From assembly GCA_945900965.1 (NCBI GenBank), contig CAMDKM010000003.1, forward strand, positions 7,639 to 71,638: DNA of 64,000 bases, in the 5' to 3' direction. Source of the DNA: Bordetella parapertussis. GTDB taxonomy: Bacteria; Pseudomonadota; Gammaproteobacteria; Burkholderiales; JACQAP01. Within the stretch, counting starts at the first letter, position 1, and each line of letters starts with the position of its first letter. A program made the translations under genes and the position numbers. The notes beneath the pieces are model-generated. The model ran no database searches, had not been told where the DNA came from, and was given only the letters and a program-made list of their open reading frames with translations. Of this stretch, positions 1-7,236 are shown piece by piece.

Positions 1-1
1 T

Positions 2-598
2 GCTGAACAACTCTGTTCCACCGTTGCTAGCGGTTCGACGCCATCTGCAGATCAGCTCTTCCAGCGGGACGGGGAAGTCCCCTTCATCAAAGTCTACAAC
101 CTTACATTTGGTGGCCCGTTGGATTTCTCCGTTAAGCCCACGTTTATCAGCAGAATCGTTCACGAAGGCCGTCTGGGTCGGTCGAAGGCATTCGCAGGTG
201 ATGTGCTTACAAATATTGTTGGTCCTCCGCTTGGGAAGGTCTCGATAGTCCCTGATCGTTTTCCTGAATGGAATATCAACCAAGCGATAGTCGTTTTTCG
301 GCCGACAGGAGCCATTTTCAACCGACTGTTGGCATTCTGGCTTCGCTCAGAAGCCGTGCTAGCGAGGCTGGATTGCACCGCGAAAGCAACGGCTGGCCAG
401 TTCAATATTCAGGTGACAACGTGCCGCAAGTTGGCGCTTCCCGTTCCGCCTCTGGCCGAGCAGGCGCGTATTGTGGCGGAAGTGGAGCGGCGGTTGAGCG
501 TGGTGGAGGAGTTGGAAGCGGTGGTGTTCGCCAACCTTCAGCGCGCCCTCCGACTTCGCCAGTCCATCCTCCAGAAAGCATTTTCCGGCAACTTCTGA
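2..598 (+). CDS. hsdS: Type I restriction-modification specificity subunit HsdS, C-terminal part (5' end lies left of the window)
   Basis: The frame is open from nt 2. The body looks like a target-recognition domain, and the C-terminal conserved helix LPVPPLAEQARIVAEVERRLSVVEELEAVVFANLQRALRLRQSILQKAFSG is typical of HsdS. Stop TGA at 596-598; hsdM lies in the same gene string. Confidence 0.85.
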   Translation, partial: AEQLCSTVASGSTPSADQLFQRDGEVPFIKVYNLTFGGPLDFSVKPTFISRIVHEGRLGRSKAFAGDVLTNIVGPPLGKVSIVPDRFPEWNINQAIVVFRPTGAIFNRLLAFWLRSEAVLARLDCTAKATAGQFNIQVTTCRKLALPVPPLAEQARIVAEVERRLSVVEELEAVVFANLQRALRLRQSILQKAFSGNF

Positions 599-611
599 AT
601 CCCGTGAACCT

Positions 612-2882
612 ATGCGCGAGCCAACACTAAACCAAAAAACGAGGTTCGTTCTCCTACTCGTCGACGTGGTGATTCTCTGTGCTGCGAGTTGGTTCGCGTT
701 TGGCAGAGTGTTTCCGGCTGGCGACGACAAAGGCTTCTGGTTCTACACTGCATTGTTGGGACTTCTTCTCGGAAGTCGGCTCGATACTCCCTTCTTCGCC
801 AAGCCCGCGGACGTCGTTCTCTACGCCGCACCCGCAGCTATTGCACTCGCATTGGGCAACTCCTGGACGCAGTGGAGTGAGGGTGTTCGTGTCGCCTATT
901 GTGTCGCAATGACATTTTGCATCGTTGCTGGTGTGCTTGGAGCGATTGCAATTCTCACCGTGGACAGCAAGACCGGTGGTACGCAAAGAGCATCGAACGC
1001 CGCTCGCGTCTTGGCGGAAACGCTCGGTGCGCCGCGCACGATCTATTCGGTCGTCATCGCCTTCGCGTTGTTCGCGTTCCACGGCTCGTCGCCGAAGGAA
1101 TTGGGCATCATCGTCGCAGCTTGGGTGTTGACCGGAGTGCTATCGCCCCTTGAAGGGTCTCTAAGAATCATACGGCGGTTGCGGCGAATCTTCAAACCCA
1201 ACACTATTTTCGACGCTGATGGAGAAGTCGTCGCTTACCAGACACCAGGATTAATCCTTGTTCGCCAATTCGGTTCAGGAAATGTCGAGACTGGCGACGT
1301 TGTCGCCGTGCATGACCCGCTCGGTAAGACCCGATTGGCACTTGCGCTTGACAATGTGGGTCGAGACGAAGGCGTGTTGCTTCGGACGATAGAGATTGCC
1401 GATGCCGAAGTCTCGGACGAACTCCGCGACCAGCTATCCGTACTTCTGCCGAATGCTGTCGTTCGTGTCCTCGCGCTTGACGAGGCGACCGTTCAAAATC
1501 GTCTGGTTAAAACAAAGGGGGCTCTTGTAGGACTGGTCGCGCCGGACACTTCGGTGGAAAGGCTCTTCTTCGAGGTTGTGAAGGAGGAAGGTCTTGAAGA
1601 AGGACGCTTGGTCGAAGTGCAGATTGGTAAACGCGTCGTCACGTATCAGCTGGTAAACGGGCTAACCAAAGAGGAAGTCGTCCAGCACAAGAACACACAC
1701 GGGTTTGCTCGCGCCCAAGCCCAGAAAATTGGCGAGTGGGATGCGGCAAGTAAGCGATTCACGTTCGTGAAGTGGCTGCCCGCTCCAAACGCTCCGGTCC
1801 TCCTGAAAACTACGGCAGAGTTCGTGACGAGCAGCAACGCCGTGGGGCATTTCCCGGGAACAGACTACCCAGTCTCAATCAAAAGTATCGACGATTTAGT
1901 AACGCACAACACTGCGATCCTCGGCATCCTCGGAGTGGGAAAGAGCATGCTGGCGATCGAACTCGTCGAGCGGATGATGGCGGCGGGCGTCAAAGTCATC
2001 TGCCTTGACTTGACCAATCAATATTCTCAGGAACTCTCGGCTTATTACGACCAAGTCCATGAAGAGGCTTGCCTGGCGAATATTCAGGAAGCAGGGCAGA
2101 AGGACCGCGAAGCGTGGGCGGATAATCCTGAGGACGGCGGAAGCATCCCTGCGTTAAGAGAGGCGTTTCACGCTGACCTGGTCGCTTATTTGGACGAGGA
2201 CAATCCTCGGCGGTTGAAAATCTATAATCCGTCTCAGGTGGTCGGAAGCAAACAACTAAGCGAGCCCAAATCTTACAATGATGGAGGGTGGAAACGCGGG
2301 GCGGCTCTTTGGGGTGTGACGCCAGTCGAAGTGACACGCATCGTTTCCGAAACCGTACTGACGCTCCTGCAAGACAAGATGTCCTCCAAGGCACGGGTGT
2401 GTTTGGTATATGAAGAAGCACACTCGCTCATTCCAGAATTTAGTGCTGTAGCCTCACCTTCCGACCGAGAAGCGAGCAATGGAACGGCGCGAGCAATTCT
2501 ACAGGGGCGAAAGTTCGGACTTGGCTGTCTGGTTGTGACCCAACGGACGGCCAACGTGACAAAGACGATCCTTAATCAGTGCAACACGGTATTCGCGATG
2601 AGGACCTTCGATGAAACCGGGAAGGAGTTCCTGGCAAACTATATTGGTAAAGATTATGCGGCTTCGCTGTCATCCATTTCCGAGCGCCACGCCGTGTTCT
2701 TTGGCAAAGCGTCGAGTTGTGAGAATCCGATCTTGATACGACTGAACGACCGAGAGGAGTTCCGTCAGGCATTCCGCGCTGAGAACCCGCCGCCTGCGCT
2801 TCCCTCGGAAGATAAGACTCCCGAGGTAACGCGACCGGCAGCCCTTCCGGGCAATCATCCGGACGACGATACTCCGTTTTGA
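612..2882 (+). CDS. Polytopic-membrane HerA/DUF87-type P-loop ATPase (FtsK/HerA clade), embedded in the type I R-M operon
   Basis: 756-aa ORF with ATG 612, 13 nt after the hsdS stop. aa ~10-190 contain about six hydrophobic helices (FVLLLVDVVILCAASWFAF, VAYCVAMTFCIVAGVLGAIAILTV, IYSVVIAFALFAF, LGIIVAAWVLTGVL and others). The middle region is beta-rich. The C-terminal core has Walker A GILGVGKS (nt 1923-1946), Walker B LVYEEAH (nt 2403-2423) and GRKFGLGCLVVTQRTANV, the HerA/DUF87 pattern. The tail is Pro/acidic and ends DDDTPF. Confidence 0.8.
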   Translation: MREPTLNQKTRFVLLLVDVVILCAASWFAFGRVFPAGDDKGFWFYTALLGLLLGSRLDTPFFAKPADVVLYAAPAAIALALGNSWTQWSEGVRVAYCVAMTFCIVAGVLGAIAILTVDSKTGGTQRASNAARVLAETLGAPRTIYSVVIAFALFAFHGSSPKELGIIVAAWVLTGVLSPLEGSLRIIRRLRRIFKPNTIFDADGEVVAYQTPGLILVRQFGSGNVETGDVVAVHDPLGKTRLALALDNVGRDEGVLLRTIEIADAEVSDELRDQLSVLLPNAVVRVLALDEATVQNRLVKTKGALVGLVAPDTSVERLFFEVVKEEGLEEGRLVEVQIGKRVVTYQLVNGLTKEEVVQHKNTHGFARAQAQKIGEWDAASKRFTFVKWLPAPNAPVLLKTTAEFVTSSNAVGHFPGTDYPVSIKSIDDLVTHNTAILGILGVGKSMLAIELVERMMAAGVKVICLDLTNQYSQELSAYYDQVHEEACLANIQEAGQKDREAWADNPEDGGSIPALREAFHADLVAYLDEDNPRRLKIYNPSQVVGSKQLSEPKSYNDGGWKRGAALWGVTPVEVTRIVSETVLTLLQDKMSSKARVCLVYEEAHSLIPEFSAVASPSDREASNGTARAILQGRKFGLGCLVVTQRTANVTKTILNQCNTVFAMRTFDETGKEFLANYIGKDYAASLSSISERHAVFFGKASSCENPILIRLNDREEFRQAFRAENPPPALPSEDKTPEVTRPAALPGNHPDDDTPF

Positions 2883-2886
2883 AATC

Positions 2887-4386
2887 ATGAGTAACCCGAA
2901 CGCCCTCGTCCAAAAACTCTGGAATTACTGCAACATCCTGCGGGATGACGGTCTGTCCTACGGCGATTACGTCGAGCAGTTGACGTTTCTGCTGTTCCTG
3001 AAAATGGCGGACGAGCAGGCGAAGCCGCCATTCAACAAGCCGTCGCCCATCCCCAAAGGCAAGGACTGGCCTGCTTTGCTGGCCAAAGATGGCGACGATC
3101 TCGAGATTCATTACCGCCATACGCTGGAGGAACTCGGAAAACGCTCGGGCATGCTCGGCGTCATTTTCCGCAAGGCGCAGAACAAGATCCAGGACCCGGC
3201 CAAGTTGCGCCGGCTCATCGTAGATTTGATCGACAAAGAGGAGTGGTCCAGCCTCTCCGCCGACGTGAAGGGCGATGCCTACGAGGGCTTGCTTCAGAAG
3301 AACGCCGAGGACGTGAAGGGCGGCGCGGGCCAGTACTTCACCCCGCGCCCGCTCATTGCCGCCATCGTGGACGTGGTCGCCCCGCAACCGGGGCAGGCAA
3401 TTTGTGATCCGGCTTGCGGCACAGGCGGTTTCCTGCTCGCTGCGCATGATTATCTGGCGAAGCACTACCAGCTCGACCGGGCAGAAAAGAAGAAGCTCAA
3501 GAGCGGCACGTTTTTCGGCATCGAACTGGTGGACAGCGTCACCCGTCTCTGCGCGATGAATCCATTGCTGCACGGCATCGGCGGAGAGTCCGAAGAGGAT
3601 TTGCCGGTCGTCACCAAGGACGCACTGGCCGGGAAGCACGGCGAGTACGAGATCGTCCTGGCCAATCCGCCGTTCGGCAAGAAGAGCAGCGTGACCATCG
3701 TCAATGAGGCTGGTGAGTCGTCCAAGGAATCGCTCATCATCAACCGCGACGACTTCTGGGCGAGCACGAGCAACAAGCAGCTCAATTTTCTCCAGCACAT
3801 TTTCACCATCCTAAAGCAGCACGGCCGTGCGGCGGTGGTGCTGCCGGACAACGTGCTGTTCGAAGGCGGCGCCGGTGAAACCATCAGGCGCGAATTACTC
3901 AAGCAGGCAGACGTTCACACCCTGCTGCGCCTGCCTACCGGCATCTTCTACGCGCAAGGCGTGAAGGCGAACGTCCTGTTCTTCGACCGCAAGCCCGCGC
4001 AGGAAAAACCGTGGACGCAGAAGCTGTGGATCTACGATCTGCGCACTAACCTGCATTTCACGCTCAAGGAGAACACCCTCAAGCGCAGCGACCTCGACGA
4101 CTTCGTCGCCTGCTACAACCAGAAGAACCGAAACGATCGCAAAGAGAGCGAACGCTTCAAGGGCTTCACTTACGAGGAACTGGCGAAGCGCGACAAAGTG
4201 AACCTGGACATCTTCTGGCTGAAGGATGAGGCGCTGGAGGAGTCCGCGAATCTACCGGCGCCTGAAGTCATCGCACAGGACATTACGGATGACCTGGAAG
4301 CGGCGTTGGAGCAGTTTCGATTGATTGCCGATGATCTCAATAGTGGAGAATCCGAAATTGAAGCCACGGAAGCGTCGAACACCTAA
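2887..4386 (+). CDS. hsdM: Type I R-M DNA methyltransferase subunit HsdM (N6-adenine)
   Basis: HsdM N-terminal domain LWNYCNILRDDGLSYGDYVEQLTFLLFLKMADE, SAM motif DPACGTGGFL, and catalytic NPPFG (nt 3664-3678). The ATG is 4 nt after the upstream stop. Confidence 0.93.
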   Translation: MSNPNALVQKLWNYCNILRDDGLSYGDYVEQLTFLLFLKMADEQAKPPFNKPSPIPKGKDWPALLAKDGDDLEIHYRHTLEELGKRSGMLGVIFRKAQNKIQDPAKLRRLIVDLIDKEEWSSLSADVKGDAYEGLLQKNAEDVKGGAGQYFTPRPLIAAIVDVVAPQPGQAICDPACGTGGFLLAAHDYLAKHYQLDRAEKKKLKSGTFFGIELVDSVTRLCAMNPLLHGIGGESEEDLPVVTKDALAGKHGEYEIVLANPPFGKKSSVTIVNEAGESSKESLIINRDDFWASTSNKQLNFLQHIFTILKQHGRAAVVLPDNVLFEGGAGETIRRELLKQADVHTLLRLPTGIFYAQGVKANVLFFDRKPAQEKPWTQKLWIYDLRTNLHFTLKENTLKRSDLDDFVACYNQKNRNDRKESERFKGFTYEELAKRDKVNLDIFWLKDEALEESANLPAPEVIAQDITDDLEAALEQFRLIADDLNSGESEIEATEASNT

Positions 4387-5083
4387 ACGGGTTGGCACAC
4401 GGGCGCTGGTAGTAAACCGCCTGGAGAACGTCTCGAAGGACGTTTTCAAACAGTACTACGCGCTCATTACTGAGTTAGTTGGGGACTCACCTGGCATCTA
4501 TGCTCTTTACGACGGCGGGGCCCTCTACTACGTTGGGAAGTCGACGGAACTTCGTAAACGGGTTCGACACCATCTTAAAGATCGTCATCTCGCGAGTTGG
4601 ACGCATTTCAGTCTCTATCTCGCCCGACGTGAAGAACACATCCACGAGATTGAATCGCTTCTGGTCAGAATCGCGAACCCCAAGGGAAATCGAGTGATCC
4701 CGCGTGGCAGATCCACAGGGGCAATGGTTAAGCAGCTCAAGAGTTTGATTAAGGAGCGGCAAAAGCAAGAGCTAGCGAATTTATTCACCAGTAAACAGGC
4801 GGCTGGCAACGTGCGGCGACGCTCAATCAAGAGCGTTGGAACACATTCCCTAGCAGGACTTGTGAGTCGGCCGACAAAGCTCTACCGGACTTACAAAGGC
4901 CGGGAATACTCCGCGACGCTGAGCCCAAAAGGCTATGTGACTCTTAAGGGACGGCGTTTCAATTCAGCCAGCGCAGCAGCCAGATCTTTGATCAAGGCGA
5001 AGGGCGCAGTCAATGGGCGGGCGTTTTGGTACATCCGAAGCGGTAGTGGGGATTGGGTGAGGCTCATGGAATACCGAGGCTAA
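4331..5083 (+). CDS. GIY-YIG nuclease-domain protein with C-terminal DUF4357/RAMA-like domain
   Basis: GIY-YIG motif GIYALYDGGALYYVGKSTELRKRVRHH with a downstream conserved E. The C-terminus FNSASAAARSLIKAKGAVNGRAFWYI resembles the R-M-associated DUF4357/RAMA module. The ORF opens at TTG 4325 and the first ATG is 4331. It overlaps the hsdM 3' end by ~56 nt. Confidence 0.75.
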   Translation: MISIVENPKLKPRKRRTPKRVGTRALVVNRLENVSKDVFKQYYALITELVGDSPGIYALYDGGALYYVGKSTELRKRVRHHLKDRHLASWTHFSLYLARREEHIHEIESLLVRIANPKGNRVIPRGRSTGAMVKQLKSLIKERQKQELANLFTSKQAAGNVRRRSIKSVGTHSLAGLVSRPTKLYRTYKGREYSATLSPKGYVTLKGRRFNSASAAARSLIKAKGAVNGRAFWYIRSGSGDWVRLMEYRG

Positions 5084-5089
5084 TCCAAC

Positions 5090-6073
5090 GTGCGCTACTG
5101 GTGGGTAAACCAGAATCAAACTTACCGACATGAAGTGTCGGGAGGATATCTTTGGTCCCCAAAACGAAAAGCAAACGGAGCAATCAATCCGTTTTACGAA
5201 TTCATGCGAGAGGTAGCCCCTGGGGATATGGTCCTATCCTTTAGGGACACCTTAATTTGTGCGATAGGTATCGCGCAGTCGCATTGCTACGAATGTCCTA
5301 AGCCGAACGAATTTGGCTCCGTGGGAATGAATTGGAGCATGATTGGATGGAAAGTAGACGTAAAGTACGTCGAACTTTCGAATCGTATCCGTCCATTCGA
5401 TCACATTAGCGCGCTCCGTCGTTACCTCCCTGACAAATACTCTCCCTTGTCGAATGCAGGGAGAGGTAGTCAGTCTGTATACCTGACGGAAATGCCGATA
5501 GGTCTATTCAATGCGCTGGCGAGTCTGATTGGAACGGAAGTTCAGCACGCGATTCAGATCGCAAAAAGTGTCGCTCGGATGCCCGGAGCGAATCGAGCGC
5601 CCGCAGAAGGTGTCGTGGTATGGGAAGAACACTTAAGGCAGGAACTTGAACGAGACATCTCAATAAATGAAACAGAGCGCGAGGCAATTGTTCTTGCTCG
5701 CCGTGGGCAGGGCCTCTTTCGGCGCCGCGTGTCTGAGCTTGAAGCGCGTTGTCGTGTTACGCGTGTTTCCGAGCCAGAGCATCTTCGCGCGAGCCATTGC
5801 AAGCCCTGGCGCGACAGCTCTAACGAAGAGCGCCTTGACGGAGAAAATGGATTGCTTCTAACGCCTAGCATCGATCATTTATTCGATCGGGGGTTCATCT
5901 CGTTTGAGGCCAATGGTCGTTTGCTAATTTCTCCGGTGTCTCACAAAGTCTCTCTTCAGAAAATGGGAGTTGAGACTGACGGGAAAGTGGTTGCAGGAGG
6001 CTTTAGCGAGGGACAACGGAAATACCTCGAGTACCATCGTGAGTCGGTGTTTCTGCAGGCAAAACGACGCTAA
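5090..6073 (+). CDS. HNH endonuclease with N-terminal PUA/EVE-like putative modified-DNA reader domain (type IV restriction-like)
   Basis: GTG start 6 nt after the upstream stop. HNH_2-type motif LRASHCKPWRDSSNEERLDGENGLLLTPSIDHLFDRGFISF. The N-terminus MRYWWVNQNQTY..GGYLWSPK..PGDMVLSF..ICAIGIA resembles PUA-superfamily readers; this fold assignment is by eye. Confidence 0.7.
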   Translation: MRYWWVNQNQTYRHEVSGGYLWSPKRKANGAINPFYEFMREVAPGDMVLSFRDTLICAIGIAQSHCYECPKPNEFGSVGMNWSMIGWKVDVKYVELSNRIRPFDHISALRRYLPDKYSPLSNAGRGSQSVYLTEMPIGLFNALASLIGTEVQHAIQIAKSVARMPGANRAPAEGVVVWEEHLRQELERDISINETEREAIVLARRGQGLFRRRVSELEARCRVTRVSEPEHLRASHCKPWRDSSNEERLDGENGLLLTPSIDHLFDRGFISFEANGRLLISPVSHKVSLQKMGVETDGKVVAGGFSEGQRKYLEYHRESVFLQAKRR

Positions 6074-6109
6074 ACGAAAGTTGAGGCCCATTGAGAATAA
6101 GGAAGAAGG

Positions 6110-6157
6110 GGTCAGACTCGATTTCTTCAGCCTTTATTCAGGAAATCGGGTCTGATC
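6110..6157. other. Long imperfect hairpin downstream of the HNH gene
   Basis: The arms GGTCAGACTCGATTTC (6110-6125) and GAAATCGGGTCTGATC (6142-6157) pair at 14 of 16 positions around a 16-nt loop. No T-tract follows. Confidence 0.3.
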
Positions 6158-6287
6158 CAAATGGCACGAACGTCCGCTGGGTCGATGGCTTATTCAAAGC
6201 GACCGATTAGCTCATATTGAACGGCTGGTGCAGCTCGTTCCTTTAAGCCCATAATCTCTGAATCGCAACTCCAATATTTCCTGAGAA

Positions 6288-6803
6288 TTGAAAACAGCGA
6301 TTTCCTGGTACGACAGCCACGCGAAAGATGTCGCTGTCCAGTACGAATCGCTTAACCCAGAAAGCCTGAACGGCTGGCTGTCAGACCTGCTTCCGTCGGG
6401 CAACGGTATCGTCCTGGATGTCGGCGCGGGCACAGGCCGCGACGCTGCCTGGCTTGCCAGTCGAGGTCTTGAAGTGGTGGCCGTCGAGCCCTCGACGGCG
6501 ATGCGTGAAGAAGCGCGCCGCCGACACGCGGACGCGAGGATTCAATGGATCAACGACTCGCTGCCCGACTTTCGGCAGGCTTCGCGTCTGGGCCTCACCT
6601 TTGACTTCATCCTTCTCAGCGCTGTCTGGATGCACATTCCGGAGAGTGATCGTGCCCGCGCATTTCGTAAGCTCGTCACGCTTCTGAAGCCCGGCGGCGT
6701 GATCGCAATGAGCCTGCGCCAGGGGCCAGCCGACTCCGATCGCGGCATGCACCCCGTGTCCGAGCCGGAAATCGAGCGGCTGGCCATAGAGCAGTGTGCA
6801 TAA
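6288..6803 (+). CDS. Class I SAM-dependent methyltransferase (small; possibly 3'-truncated)
   Basis: TTG start. SAM-binding motif VLDVGAGTGRDAAWLASRGLEVVAVEPS and LKPGGVIAMSL. The ORF ends shortly before the repeat cluster. Confidence 0.7.
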   Translation: MKTAISWYDSHAKDVAVQYESLNPESLNGWLSDLLPSGNGIVLDVGAGTGRDAAWLASRGLEVVAVEPSTAMREEARRRHADARIQWINDSLPDFRQASRLGLTFDFILLSAVWMHIPESDRARAFRKLVTLLKPGGVIAMSLRQGPADSDRGMHPVSEPEIERLAIEQCA

Positions 6804-6880
6804 CGACCACTCAGCAAAGACTTGGCCTACGATGAGCCTCACGCATATCCTGATCGATTTCGAGAGCACGTCGGAGTACC

Positions 6881-7056
6881 CTTTTAGGACACAGCAGCTT
6901 CGGCCGTAAGTGCTGCGCCTTTTAAGTTCACAGAGGAAAATCAAGAACGTATTTCATTTTCAAGTCTCACCCATCTGGTGAGCGCACCTCGCCGACTCAA
7001 CCCCTTGAATCTCTCTGTGTTCTCTGTGGCCAAGTGCTTTTTCTAGGATAAACCTT
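6881..7056. repeat. Foldback MITE-like element, copy A1 (CACAGAG-type arms)
   Basis: The left arm is reduced to ACACAG...TTCACAGAGG and interrupted by a 32-nt module. Central hairpin TCTCACCCATCTGGTGAGC. Right arm CTCTCTGTGTTCTCTGTGGC, followed by the terminal motif CAAGTGCTTTTTCTAGGATAAACC. Confidence 0.7.
6890..6921. repeat. 32-nt hairpin module CACAGCAGCTTCGGCCGTAAGTGCTGCGCCTT, copy 1
   Basis: An identical 32-mer recurs at 17659-17690. It contains a GCAGC/GCTGC stem. In both loci it sits inside the arm array of a foldback element. Confidence 0.8.
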
Positions 7057-7236
7057 AAAACAGCAACTCAGCCACAGAGTTCACAGAGAACACAGAGTAC
7101 ACAGAGGAAAACCAAGGACCTAGTGTGATCGAGCTTCTCACCTAATTGGTGAACGGGCATCGACAAATAACCCGTTGTTTCTCTCTGTGATCTCTGTGTC
7201 CTCAGTGGCTGAACTGCGGTTTTTAGGTTTATACCT
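7057..7236. repeat. Foldback MITE-like element, copy A2
   Basis: Left arm: CACAGAG x4 at exact 9-nt period (7073, 7082, 7091, 7100). Central hairpin CTCACCTAATTGGTGA. Right arm: CTCTGTG, CTCTGTG, CTCAGTG at 9-nt period (7183, 7192, 7201). The terminal motif GCGGTTTTTAGGTTTATACC ends at the neighbouring stop codon. Confidence 0.8.

Noticed and set aside
2572-3798. 408-aa minus-strand ORF across the ATPase/hsdM junction
   Set aside because: It is antisense to hsdM, which has clear motifs. The product has no recognisable domains and a biased composition.
7071-7209. Could the short periodic repeats (9-nt and 7-nt arrays) be a CRISPR array?
   Set aside because: The units are only 7-9 nt and directly abutting, with no spacers. 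The arrays come in inverted pairs, and no cas genes are present.
1-7236. Evidence for mobility of the defence island (integrase, transposase, tRNA attachment site, flanking direct repeats)
   Set aside because: None is visible within the window. The left border lies outside it, so horizontal acquisition rests only on composition and gene content.
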